Shown here one piece after another: positions 9,764 through 18,374 of a DNA stretch of 64,000 nt. The notes beneath the pieces were generated by a model. That model had not been told where the DNA came from and did not search any database. It saw only the letters and a program-made list of their open reading frames with translations. Source of the stretch: Clostridia bacterium (GTDB taxonomy: Bacteria > Bacillota > Clostridia > Christensenellales > Borkfalkiaceae); NCBI GenBank assembly GCA_017407325.1, contig JAFQWV010000027.1, positions 31,623 through 95,622 of the forward strand, given 5' to 3'. A program made the position numbers and the translations under genes. Numbering within the stretch: the first letter of the stretch is position 1; each line of letters starts with the position of its first letter.

Positions 9764-9845
9764 CACAATATATTGTGATAAATTTTTTATTGAAACACAA
9801 AATGTTCGATAAATTGTTTTTTAAACTCCAAACGTTCGACAAATT
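9764..9845. promoter_or_regulatory. 14-bp perfect palindrome plus 30-31-bp tandem direct repeats upstream of the pflB promoter
   Basis: CACAATATATTGTG at 9764-9777. GATAAATT/GACAAATT-headed units start at 9777, 9808 and 9838. Minus-strand TGTCGAA / TATCGAA cores resemble Spo0A boxes. Confidence 0.45.
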
Positions 9846-9846
9846 A

Positions 9847-9877
9847 ATATCCGCCCTTTTAGCAAAGTAGCGGATAT
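9847..9877 (-). terminator. probable terminator after aspS
   Basis: ATATCCGC ... GCGGATAT stem directly downstream of the aspS stop. The U-tract is modest. Confidence 0.45.
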
Positions 9878-9889
9878 TTTAAGTTAACA

Positions 9890-11686
9890 TCAATCTTTTT
9901 TGTCGTCACGAATAGACAAATATAATTCGTCAAGTTGTTTCTTTTCAACCTTAGACGGAGCTTCACTCATAACGCAAGAAGCGTTTTGAACTTTAGGGAA
10001 AGCGATAACGTCTTTAATTGACTCAGTTTTCGCAAGAAGCATCGTAAGTCTGTCAAGACCAAACGCAAGACCACCGTGCGGTGGAGTTCCGTACTTAAAC
10101 GCGTTTACGAAAAATCCGAATTTCTTTTCGATATCTTCGTCGCTGAACTTTAAGATATTGAAAATCTTTGCTTGAAGTTCACGAGAATAAATTCTTATAG
10201 AACCGCCACCTGCTTCTTGACCGTTGATAACAAGGTCGTAAGCTTTAGCGCGCATCTTAGTAGGGTCTACGTCTAAAAGGTGTAAATCTTCGTCTTTCGG
10301 TGCAGTGAACGGATGATGCATAGCAACGTATCTTTGTTCTTCTTCGCTATACTCGAACATTGGGAAATCTACAACCCATAAGACGTCGTATTTATCTTTA
10401 TCGAATAAATTAAACTTTTCTGCTAGGTGTAGTCTTAAACCGCCTAAAGTGTTGAACACAACGGTATCTTTATCTGCAGAAATAAACACTGCATCGCCGT
10501 CAACTATATCTAATCTCTCAGAAAGTGCGTCTATAAGCTCGTTATTTAAGAATTTATTGAAAGAAGACTTAACTTCTCCACCGTTTTTAACAAGCCAGCA
10601 AAGACCTTTTGCGCCTAAAGTTTTTGCAAATTCTGAAAGGGCGTCTAAGTCTTTTCTTGAAAGATTTTTAGCACCTGACTTAAAGTTGATTGCCCTAACG
10701 CTACCACCTGAAGAGATAGCAGATGAGAATACTACGAACGGAGAATCTTTAACGATATCGGAAATATCTTTAAGCTCCATTTCAAAACGAGTATCAGGCT
10801 TATCCGAGCCGTAGCGAGTCATAGCTTCTTCATAGCTAAGCGTTCTAAAATGGTCGCTACCTAAGTCGATATTAACGGCATCTTTAAAAATTTTCTTAAC
10901 CAAGCCTTCAACCGTGTACATAACGTCGGTTTCTTTTTCAACGAAACTCATTTCAAGGTCGATTTGAGTAAACTCCGGTTGACGGTTAGCGCGTAAATCT
11001 TCGTCGCGAAAACATTTAGCAATTTGATAGTATCTATCGTAGCCTGCAATCATTAAAAGTTGTTTATAAAGCTGTGGAGATTGAGGTAGTGCGTAGAAAC
11101 AGCCTTCGTGAATTCTTGACGGAACGAGATAATCGCGCGCGCCTTCTGGGGTTGATTTACCCAAAAACGGCGTTTCGATTTCCATAAAACCTAAGTCGTA
11201 AAGGTATTGTCTTGCACTCATAGCGATTTGCGAGCGAATTTTAAGATTGTTTTGCAAAACCGGACGGCGCAAATCTAAATATCTGTATTTAAGACGTAAC
11301 GTTTCATTTACTTGCGTGTCGTCGATAATTTCAAACGGAGTAAGCTCGGCTTCAGATAAAATTTTGATATTTTCAGCCAAAATTTCAACTTCGCCCGTCG
11401 CAATCTTATCCGTTTTCGAGCTTCTTTCGCGAACAGTTCCTTCTACTGCCAAAACGTATTCCGAGCGAACAGACTCTGCCTTTTCAAAAAGCGATTTTTC
11501 AGAAACGGTTTCGTCAAGCACGATTTGAACGATACCCGTTCTGTCGCGAAGATCGATAAATATTAAACTTCCCAAGCTTCTACGGCGTTGCACCCAACCT
11601 GTTACCACCGCTTTTTCACCTACGTTTGAAAGCCTAAAACTTCCGCAGTATGCAGTTCTTGTAAGACCGTTCATAGATTCAGACAT
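9890..11686 (-). CDS. aspS: aspartate--tRNA ligase (bacterial type)
   Basis: 598 aa. N-terminal OB fold, class II motifs FRDEDLRANRQPEFTQID and GGLAFGLDRL, and a GAD-type insertion. Confidence 0.94.
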   Translation of the reverse strand: MSESMNGLTRTAYCGSFRLSNVGEKAVVTGWVQRRRSLGSLIFIDLRDRTGIVQIVLDETVSEKSLFEKAESVRSEYVLAVEGTVRERSSKTDKIATGEVEILAENIKILSEAELTPFEIIDDTQVNETLRLKYRYLDLRRPVLQNNLKIRSQIAMSARQYLYDLGFMEIETPFLGKSTPEGARDYLVPSRIHEGCFYALPQSPQLYKQLLMIAGYDRYYQIAKCFRDEDLRANRQPEFTQIDLEMSFVEKETDVMYTVEGLVKKIFKDAVNIDLGSDHFRTLSYEEAMTRYGSDKPDTRFEMELKDISDIVKDSPFVVFSSAISSGGSVRAINFKSGAKNLSRKDLDALSEFAKTLGAKGLCWLVKNGGEVKSSFNKFLNNELIDALSERLDIVDGDAVFISADKDTVVFNTLGGLRLHLAEKFNLFDKDKYDVLWVVDFPMFEYSEEEQRYVAMHHPFTAPKDEDLHLLDVDPTKMRAKAYDLVINGQEAGGGSIRIYSRELQAKIFNILKFSDEDIEKKFGFFVNAFKYGTPPHGGLAFGLDRLTMLLAKTESIKDVIAFPKVQNASCVMSEAPSKVEKKQLDELYLSIRDDKKD

Positions 11687-11737
11687 AAATTTCCTTCTTT
11701 TTGCGCAAAATATGCGCGCGTATTATTAACTTTATTA

Positions 11738-11766
11738 ATTTTACATAAAATGTAAATTAAAGTCAA
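11738..11766 (-). promoter_or_regulatory. sigma-A-type promoter of aspS
   Basis: Minus strand reads TTGACT, 17-nt spacer (contains the palindrome TTTACATaaaATGTAAA), TAAAAT. Confidence 0.55.
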
Positions 11767-11821
11767 TAGAAAACGCGCGCAATTTCAAAAAATTGAGAGC
11801 CTATTTTTGTTTCTAAAAAAC

Positions 11822-12907
11822 TTATCCTATTTGCTTTAGTCCGTAAACACTAATTGAGCCACCTTTTGAATAAATTTCATTTCCCGATTCGTCAAAAAAT
11901 CTAATTCTTAAATTGTCGATAAAGCTTTGCCCTATATCCTTACCTATCGTCGTTTTGGCAACCAACCCAATAGCATCACCCGTATCAAGAGAGGCTTGTT
12001 GCTTTTCGACTTTTGCAAAATTTGCACACATATTAAACTTAAAAGATACGTGATAAGTTTCGCTATAAAGCGTTAAATCGCTTTCTTCGGTGTCGTAAAC
12101 GATAACGTAAGACGAGCCGATTTTCGTCTCAATTCTAGTTGAAACGGGTGTATTTGGCTCGCTTAGGTTAAAAGGAATCTCCATAAGCGCAAACAACTCT
12201 TTATACCTTCCACCAAGACTGAGTTCAATCTCACTATCTTGTGGAATTATTGAATACGCAACCTGCGCCCACTGAAGGTCAGATTTTTTTACGTAGTTTG
12301 AAGTGATGTCGTTACCACTTGCGTCGCACTCAGCCTTTTTTGCCGTGTATTCACCGCTCTTTAACTTATCAATTTCTTCATTCAATTCGTCAACAGTCGG
12401 CGCATTTAATGATTTTGCAGAAAGAGTAACGTCACCCGAAAGACCGTTGACGGAACTAACGATTTTTGAATTTAAAAACTTGTTTATTTCGTCTATTTTC
12501 CCGTTTACACGGCTGAGTAAAATTTCTACTTGAGTGCTACCACCTAAAGAAAGCATAGTTGAGTTTACCGAGTTTTTAATTTCAATATTGAAAACCTCAG
12601 AATTTAAAACGACGGTACTTTCATCGTTTTCAAATAAAATTTGCGCTAATATCTCTCCTGCAACCTGAGTATTTTTTCCTTCAGCCACCCACGATAGCAA
12701 AATAACGCTTTCATCATCTTGCGGTAACGTAGTCAGTTTAATAACGTCGCCACTATCGTCTGGATAGGTTAATTTTAAATAGGCAGAAAGCTTAGACAAA
12801 TCAAGCTCGTTATAAAATTTATCGAACTCAAACGTAAAGGTTTCAACACCACTATCCCCTTGAAATAATGGTTTTTTAATGATTTTTACTTTTCTTTGAT
12901 TATACAT
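11822..12907 (-). CDS. hypothetical protein resembling phage baseplate/tail-fibre proteins
   Basis: The start was moved to ATG 12907 (GGGGGA SD) because the promoter at 12938-12965 lies inside the ORF-track N-terminus. The N-terminal beta domain and the SVNGLSGDVTL motif recall Firmicute phage tail-fibre/BppU-like proteins. Confidence 0.55.
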   Translation of the reverse strand: MYNQRKVKIIKKPLFQGDSGVETFTFEFDKFYNELDLSKLSAYLKLTYPDDSGDVIKLTTLPQDDESVILLSWVAEGKNTQVAGEILAQILFENDESTVVLNSEVFNIEIKNSVNSTMLSLGGSTQVEILLSRVNGKIDEINKFLNSKIVSSVNGLSGDVTLSAKSLNAPTVDELNEEIDKLKSGEYTAKKAECDASGNDITSNYVKKSDLQWAQVAYSIIPQDSEIELSLGGRYKELFALMEIPFNLSEPNTPVSTRIETKIGSSYVIVYDTEESDLTLYSETYHVSFKFNMCANFAKVEKQQASLDTGDAIGLVAKTTIGKDIGQSFIDNLRIRFFDESGNEIYSKGGSISVYGLKQIG

Positions 12908-12937
12908 AATCCCCCTTGACCTTAATTCCCTAATGGT

Positions 12938-12965
12938 ATTATAAACCAACTTTTAATTTTGTCAA
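12938..12965 (-). promoter_or_regulatory. sigma-A-type promoter of the 11822-12907 gene
   Basis: Minus strand reads TTGACA, 16-nt spacer, TATAAT. Confidence 0.6.
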
Positions 12966-13001
12966 TAACTCTCTGCCAACGAATTTTTCGTTAGAGCAAG
13001 T

Positions 13002-13037
13002 AAAAATGAGTTCGACGATTTGTCGAACTCATTTTAT
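13002..13037 (-). terminator. intrinsic terminator after the 13051-14466 gene
   Basis: AATGAGTTCGACgattTGTCGAACTCATT with a T-run on the minus strand. Confidence 0.8.
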
Positions 13038-13050
13038 TAATTTTTAAAAA

Positions 13051-14466
13051 TTATGCTTTTTTCTTTTTTAATGCTACTACTAAAATCACAGCTAAAGTTG
13101 CAACGAAGAATATACTACTTTCAGCGCTTGCGTTTGATTTACAACCGCCAGCACTTGGTTCTTCGTTTTTGCTAAGATCTTCGTTACTTTTATTAGGTCT
13201 AGTGATAGGAGATTTTGAAGTTTCTTGTGTAGAGTTGTTTTCTACTGCCCCGCCTTTCGAAGATTCTACCTTAGAGTTAGTTGTAGTTTCTTCTTTTGAA
13301 GCTTGTGGCTTAGAGCTGTTTGCAGTTTCTTCTTTTGAAGCTTGTGGCTTAGAGCTGTTTGTAGTTTCTTCTTTTGAAGCTTGTGGCTTAGAGCTGTTTG
13401 TAATTTCTTCTTTTGAAGAGCTTGAACCCGTGTTATCATTACCACCTGTTGAATAATTGACTCTTATACTACCAACGAGTAAAATTTGTGTTTCTTTACC
13501 GTCCATAAGTTTAAAGACCGGTTTTTCGCCGTTAGTAGCGTAATCGTCTGTAGCAATTGCAAAGCCTTCGTAATTTTCGCCTGTTGATACCGTGCTTGCT
13601 GGCTTAACTTGAGTAATGCTAGGAGTATTTGCGCCGTTAAAAATTATTTGAACGCTCAAGTTCTTTTTATTGTTATCCGTTGCGGCCCACAAAACGTCTT
13701 GGGATACGTCGTAATCAAGCGCCATTGCGCAACCAAGACCTGTGTCTATATCAGCAATCTGCACCGAAGTTTCGTCTTTATTTAAAATATAAGCATATAC
13801 GTGACCGTTGTCTTCTAACGCAACGAAGAACACGCCGTTTGCAGCTTGATTTGGATAGTTGCTGCTTTTGAATAAGCCACCCTTATTTTTATCGTAAAGT
13901 TTACCTTCGAGCTCGCTGTTAGAAACCCACTCAACGGCCTCAAGTCCTACGTTCGAATCGCTTACTTTTGGCAAACTTGAAGTTAAATTCCACTCTTGAG
14001 TAGCAACCACAGTATCTCCGCTTGCTTTTGGATCTACCTTTAAAACCGCGTTTTTACTTACACTTTTATTAGCAGAGTCCCTTTCAGTACAAACGTAAAC
14101 GAAACCTTCTTCGTCAGCCGTTATACCTTCTGTATCAGCGGCTTTAGAACTGCTTGGATTAGTTTTAAATTTAATTTTTTTACCTTTTCCTTTGCTATAT
14201 CCGCTAGCAAACGATAAAGTTCCGTTTTTCGCCACGTCTAAAACCCACATCATACCGTCGCCGTTTTCAACGACGAAAAGTTGCCCGTTATAAAAATCTA
14301 AACCTGATGAATCGGCAGAAAACAATCCTTCGCTCTGGTCGTAAACAGTAGTTGCGTTGTTTCCCGGCCAGGTTATTTCAGTCGCAGCAAATGCTACTAA
14401 ACTATTTGCACAAAAAAACAGCGCAAACGCAAAACATAAAGAGATTAATAACTTGTTAATTTTCAT
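13051..14466 (-). CDS. secreted beta-propeller-like protein (SdiA-regulated/phytase-like) with tandem repeats and C-terminal anchor-like tail
   Basis: Signal peptide. Motifs EGITADEEGFVYVCTERD and ENYEGFAI. SKEETTNSSKPQA is repeated. The C-terminus reads GGCKSNAS, then a hydrophobic helix, then KKKKA. Confidence 0.7.
   Translation of the reverse strand: MKINKLLISLCFAFALFFCANSLVAFAATEITWPGNNATTVYDQSEGLFSADSSGLDFYNGQLFVVENGDGMMWVLDVAKNGTLSFASGYSKGKGKKIKFKTNPSSSKAADTEGITADEEGFVYVCTERDSANKSVSKNAVLKVDPKASGDTVVATQEWNLTSSLPKVSDSNVGLEAVEWVSNSELEGKLYDKNKGGLFKSSNYPNQAANGVFFVALEDNGHVYAYILNKDETSVQIADIDTGLGCAMALDYDVSQDVLWAATDNNKKNLSVQIIFNGANTPSITQVKPASTVSTGENYEGFAIATDDYATNGEKPVFKLMDGKETQILLVGSIRVNYSTGGNDNTGSSSSKEEITNSSKPQASKEETTNSSKPQASKEETANSSKPQASKEETTTNSKVESSKGGAVENNSTQETSKSPITRPNKSNEDLSKNEEPSAGGCKSNASAESSIFFVATLAVILVVALKKKKA
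13271..13420 (-). repeat. 39-nt in-frame tandem repeat, about 3.8 copies (SKEETTNSSKPQA)
   Basis: TTAGAGCTGTTTG(C/T)AGTTTCTTCTTTTGAAGCTTGTGGC is reiterated head to tail. Confidence 0.9.
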
Positions 14467-14621
14467 AAATTGCCTCTAACGTTTATTTTCACGACAATTA
14501 TATATTATTCCATAAAATTTCGTCAATAATTTCTCAAAAATTTTCCAAAATAGATATAAACTAAACACAAAAAGATATTTGCAGAACTTTTAATTAATTA
14601 TTAATAAAATAGAAAAATAGC

Positions 14622-14647
14622 AAAAACCGACCTATAGGTCGGTTTTT
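14622..14647 (-). terminator. intrinsic terminator after ylmC-like gene
   Basis: AAAAACCGACCtataGGTCGGTTTTT. Confidence 0.85.
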
Positions 14648-14657
14648 GCATAAAAAG

Positions 14658-14930
14658 CTATTCTTCTTCACTATCACAAACGCCTTCGCTTTGACAGCCG
14701 ATAGGCTCGTTTTTAAGCCTGACTAAAACAGCGTCGTCACCAATTTTTTCTACGCAACAAAGGTTTACTAAAAACTCGTCAGAAGGTAGTATCGTTTTTT
14801 TAGAAACGATAAACGCAAGCACTCTACCATCAGGGAAAGTAAACACTAAATCAGTTACTTTACCAAGGTCTTTACCGTCAACAAGATTGACGACTTTTTT
14901 CTTTTTTAAACTGCTATAATTTAATTCCAT
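14658..14930 (-). CDS. ylmC: YlmC/YmxH-family sporulation protein (PRC-barrel)
   Basis: 90 aa. VVNLVDGKDLGKVTDLVF is typical of the family, and the gene follows sigG as in Bacillus. Confidence 0.8.
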   Translation of the reverse strand: MELNYSSLKKKKVVNLVDGKDLGKVTDLVFTFPDGRVLAFIVSKKTILPSDEFLVNLCCVEKIGDDAVLVRLKNEPIGCQSEGVCDSEEE

Positions 14931-14976
14931 ACACCACCGTCTACGGTATATGTTATTCGCTAAAATTCGTTTATAT

Positions 14977-15747
14977 TCAACAAATTTTATTTTTAATAGT
15001 TTTTAAGGCGTTTTTTTCTAATCGGGAAACTTGCGCTTGCGAAAGCCCTATCTCATCGGAAATTTCAGTTTGAGTTTTACCTTCATAATATCTTAAATAT
15101 AAAATTTTTCTTTCTCTGTCGCCTAGCTTTTTGATGGCTTCGGTAAGTGCAACCTTTTCCGTCCAGTTATCTTCGGTATTTTTCTCGTCTGCAATCTGGT
15201 CAAGAAGTAGTAGCGTATCCCCTTGCTTATTATATACGGGGTCGTAAAGTGAAACGGGGTCGGAAATAGCGTCAAGCGCATAAACGACTTCTCTTTCGCG
15301 AATTGCAAGTCGCTTTGCGATATTCTCCGTAGTCGGTTCACCGTCTTCTGCTTCGATTTCACTTCTGGTTTTTAAAACCTGGTACGCAGTGTCGCGAATA
15401 CTTCTTGAAACGCGCAAGCTGTTCTTTGCACGAAGATATCTTTTAACTTCGCCAAGTATCATAGGAACTGCGTAGGTTGAAAACTTTACCCCGACTTGCG
15501 TATCGAAATTATCGGTCGCCTTAATAAGCCCAATGCACCCTGCTTGAAACAAGTCGTCAACCGAAACCTTAGAAGATGAAAACCGTTTGATTACGGATAG
15601 CACCAGACGCATATTCCCCAAAATAAATTTTTCTTTTGCTAAAAGGTCTCCGCCTTTTATTTTTAAGAGTAAGTCGTTGCAATCTTTAGAGCCAAGGCGC
15701 GGAAGCTCGCTTGTGTTTATTCCGCAAATTTCAACTTTTTGTGCCAT
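14977..15747 (-). CDS. sigG: RNA polymerase sporulation sigma factor G
   Basis: 256 aa. The N-terminal KVEICGINTSELPRL, then NMRLVLSVIKRF, VKFSTYAVPMILGEVKRYLR and VSRSIRDTAY match SigG rather than SigF. Confidence 0.9.
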   Translation of the reverse strand: MAQKVEICGINTSELPRLGSKDCNDLLLKIKGGDLLAKEKFILGNMRLVLSVIKRFSSSKVSVDDLFQAGCIGLIKATDNFDTQVGVKFSTYAVPMILGEVKRYLRAKNSLRVSRSIRDTAYQVLKTRSEIEAEDGEPTTENIAKRLAIREREVVYALDAISDPVSLYDPVYNKQGDTLLLLDQIADEKNTEDNWTEKVALTEAIKKLGDRERKILYLRYYEGKTQTEISDEIGLSQAQVSRLEKNALKTIKNKIC

Positions 15748-15884
15748 AAACTTTCCTTTTTTCGCTGTCTTTTATATAGAAAAACCAGCCTATAGCACTA
15801 TTATCGGCTATTTTTGGTTTTTTATTCCAATTTTGAGAAAGTTTTAAATCTGCAAAAATTTAGTAAAAAGTTATATTTTAATCG

Positions 15885-15913
15885 TTGACATTAATAATTA
15901 AATATAATATAAT
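15885..15913 (+). promoter_or_regulatory. sigma-A-type promoter of hydCBA
   Basis: TTGACA (15885-15890), 17-nt spacer, TATAAT (15908-15913); about 95-nt leader. Confidence 0.7.
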
Positions 15914-16009
15914 ATTTTTTAGTATGTATAGTGATTTGTTTGTTTACCTACGATAGACAGGCATTTCAAAAGAAAAACAAGCATAACAATCTACTAAAGG
16001 AGGGCTGGT

Positions 16010-16495
16010 ATGGCTCATTTACAAGAGAATGCTGTCAAGAAGATTGTAGAAATCTGTGACAGATACGCTCAAGAAAGAACCCCACTTATGATGATTTTAA
16101 GCGATATTCAAAAGGAATACGGCTATATTCCGCTTGAAGTTCAGGAAATCGTTTCAGAAAAGACAGGTATTTCGGTTGCTGAAATTTACGGCGTCGTTAC
16201 CTTCTATTCGTTCTTCTCTTTAAAACCAAAGGGAAAATACGTTATCGGTTGCTGTCTTGGAACGGCTTGCTACGTTAAAGGCGCACAGCAAGTAATTGAC
16301 AAATTTTCTGAAATTATCGGCATTAAACCAGGTGAAACTTCTGAAGACGGTTTATTTACCTTAGACGCACTCCGTTGTATCGGCGCTTGCGGTATCGCCC
16401 CTGCCGTTACTATCAACGGTAAGGTTTACCCAAAGCTTTCCGTTGACCAAATTCCTAAAATCGTTGAAGAATATAGAGCGTTGGAGGCAAACTAA
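16010..16495 (+). CDS. hydC: [FeFe] hydrogenase NuoE-like [2Fe-2S] subunit
   Basis: 161 aa. Thioredoxin-like 2Fe-2S pattern CCLGTACYV...CIGACGIAP. AAGGAGGG SD. Confidence 0.88.
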   Translation: MAHLQENAVKKIVEICDRYAQERTPLMMILSDIQKEYGYIPLEVQEIVSEKTGISVAEIYGVVTFYSFFSLKPKGKYVIGCCLGTACYVKGAQQVIDKFSEIIGIKPGETSEDGLFTLDALRCIGACGIAPAVTINGKVYPKLSVDQIPKIVEEYRALEAN

Positions 16496-18360
16496 TGATT
16501 AAAAATTTTGAAGAACTCAATCAATTAAGCGCAAAATGCGCAAGCTGTCTTGACGCAAAGTTCACAGGCAGCGACGGAAAAAGACATATCGTTTTATGTG
16601 GTGGTACAGGTTGTCTTTCTTCTAATTCTGACGAAATTACTAAAGAATTCAGAAAGTTAGTTGCAGAAAAGCATATCGAAGACAAAGTTACCGTCAACCA
16701 AGTTGGTTGCTTTGGTTTCTGTTCTCAAGGACCTTTCGTAAAGATTTATCCGGAAGATACTCTTTACAGACTTGTAAAAATCGAAGACGTTTCGGAAATC
16801 GTTGAAAAGGATATTATCGACGGTGAAGTCGTTGACAGATTGTTATACATCGACCCAAAAACGGCTGAAAAAGTAACTAAGCAAGAAGATATCAACTTCT
16901 ACAAAAAGCAAGTTCGCGTTGCACTTCACGGTTGCGGTAGCATTAACCCTGAAGATATCAACGAAAGTATCGGCGCTGGCGCATTCAAAGGCTTAGCACG
17001 CGCACTTACTATGGACAGACAAGACGTTATCAACGAAATTTTAGAATCTGGACTTCGCGGTCGTGGTGGTGGTGGCTTCCCTACCGGAAGAAAGTGGCAA
17101 TTTGCTTACGCTCAACCAGACGGCGAAAAGTACGTCGTTTGTAACGGTGACGAAGGTGACCCGGGCGCGTTTATGGACAGATCAATCCTTGAAGGTAACC
17201 CACTTGCAGTTATCGAAGGTATGATGATCGCTGGTTACGCTATCGGCGCACAAAACGGTTACTTCTACGTTCGTGCTGAATACCCTATCGCCGTAAACAG
17301 ATTAAAAATTGCTATTAAGCAAGCAGAAGAACTCGGTCTTTTAGGAAATAACATCTTAGGTACCGACTTTAGCTTTAACGTACATATAAGACTTGGCGCA
17401 GGCGCGTTCGTTTGCGGTGAAGAAACTGCACTTTTAAACTCTATCGAAGGTCAAAGAGGTATGCCTAGACCACGTCCACCGTTCCCAGCGGTTAAAGGTC
17501 TTTGGGATAAACCTTCTATTATCAATAACGTTGAAACACTTGCTTGCGTTCCTTATATTCTAAGAGAAGGTAAAGATGCGTTCTCAAGCCACGGTACTCA
17601 AAAATCTAAGGGAACTAAGGTTTTTGCACTCGGCGGAAAAATCAACAACGTAGGCTTAGTTGAAGTTCCTATGGGAACTACTTTACGCGAGCTTATCTAT
17701 GATATCGGTGGTGGCGTTCCTAACGGCAAAAAGTTTAAAGCAATTCAAACGGGTGGTCCTTCAGGTGGATGCTTAACGGCAGCTGACCTTGACGCTGAAA
17801 TCGACTTTGACAACCTTGTTGCTAAAGGCTCGATGATGGGCTCTGGCGGTGCTATCGTAATGGACGAAGACAACTGTATGGTTGACGTTGCTAAGTTCTA
17901 TATGGAATTTATCTGCGACGAATCTTGCGGTAAATGCACTCCTTGCCGTATCGGTACTAAGAGAATGCTTGAAATCCTTACTAAAATTACTGACGGTAAG
18001 GCTACTATGGACGACTTAGCAGAACTTGAAGAACTTGCAGAAAACGTCAAGAGTAACTCTCTCTGCGGTCTCGGTCAAACTGCTCCAAACCCTGTTTTAT
18101 CTACCTTAAAGCATTTCAGAGACGAATATATCGCTCACATAGTTGACAAGAAATGCCCTGCTCATACTTGTAAGAACCTTATGATTTACGATATCGAAGC
18201 TGACAAGTGTAAAAAGTGTAGCCTTTGCGCTCGCAAATGCCCTGTTGGCGCTATTTCTGGCGTTGTCGGTAAAGAACCTTTCGTTATCGACCAATCTAAA
18301 TGTATTAAGTGCGGTATGTGTATTGCTTCTTGTAAGTTTAATGCTATCGTTAAAAAATAA
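16495..18360 (+). CDS. hydB: [FeFe] hydrogenase NuoF-like flavoprotein subunit
   Basis: 621 aa. Contains GRGGGGFPTGRKW (FMN/NAD(H) site), ESCGKCTPCR, and C-terminal 2x[4Fe-4S] motifs CKKCSLCARKCP and CIKCGMCIASC. Start overlaps the hydC stop. Confidence 0.92.
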   Translation: MIKNFEELNQLSAKCASCLDAKFTGSDGKRHIVLCGGTGCLSSNSDEITKEFRKLVAEKHIEDKVTVNQVGCFGFCSQGPFVKIYPEDTLYRLVKIEDVSEIVEKDIIDGEVVDRLLYIDPKTAEKVTKQEDINFYKKQVRVALHGCGSINPEDINESIGAGAFKGLARALTMDRQDVINEILESGLRGRGGGGFPTGRKWQFAYAQPDGEKYVVCNGDEGDPGAFMDRSILEGNPLAVIEGMMIAGYAIGAQNGYFYVRAEYPIAVNRLKIAIKQAEELGLLGNNILGTDFSFNVHIRLGAGAFVCGEETALLNSIEGQRGMPRPRPPFPAVKGLWDKPSIINNVETLACVPYILREGKDAFSSHGTQKSKGTKVFALGGKINNVGLVEVPMGTTLRELIYDIGGGVPNGKKFKAIQTGGPSGGCLTAADLDAEIDFDNLVAKGSMMGSGGAIVMDEDNCMVDVAKFYMEFICDESCGKCTPCRIGTKRMLEILTKITDGKATMDDLAELEELAENVKSNSLCGLGQTAPNPVLSTLKHFRDEYIAHIVDKKCPAHTCKNLMIYDIEADKCKKCSLCARKCPVGAISGVVGKEPFVIDQSKCIKCGMCIASCKFNAIVKK

Positions 18361-18374
18361 GTGGAGGAATTACA

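Noticed and set aside
9757-9845. Counting the pflB upstream repeats as another hairpin-word array
   Set aside because: They share the AATTTAT head, but the units are 30-31 bp direct repeats with weak internal pairing. They are reported separately as candidate regulatory repeats.
12908-12949. N-terminal extension MVYNTIRELRSRGI of the tail-fibre-like ORF; similar extensions exist at pflB (9636-9650), kdgK (45160-45192) and the DUF4085-like gene (39162-39200)
   Set aside because: In each case a good SD lies inside the extension and points to the downstream ATG. For 12908-12949 the -10 box is also inside the extension.
11822-14466. Prophage or tailocin remnant
   Set aside because: Only one phage-like gene is present. 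There is no integrase, capsid, tail tube, holin or lysin gene and no att-like repeats. The neighbour is a secreted propeller-like protein with its own terminator.
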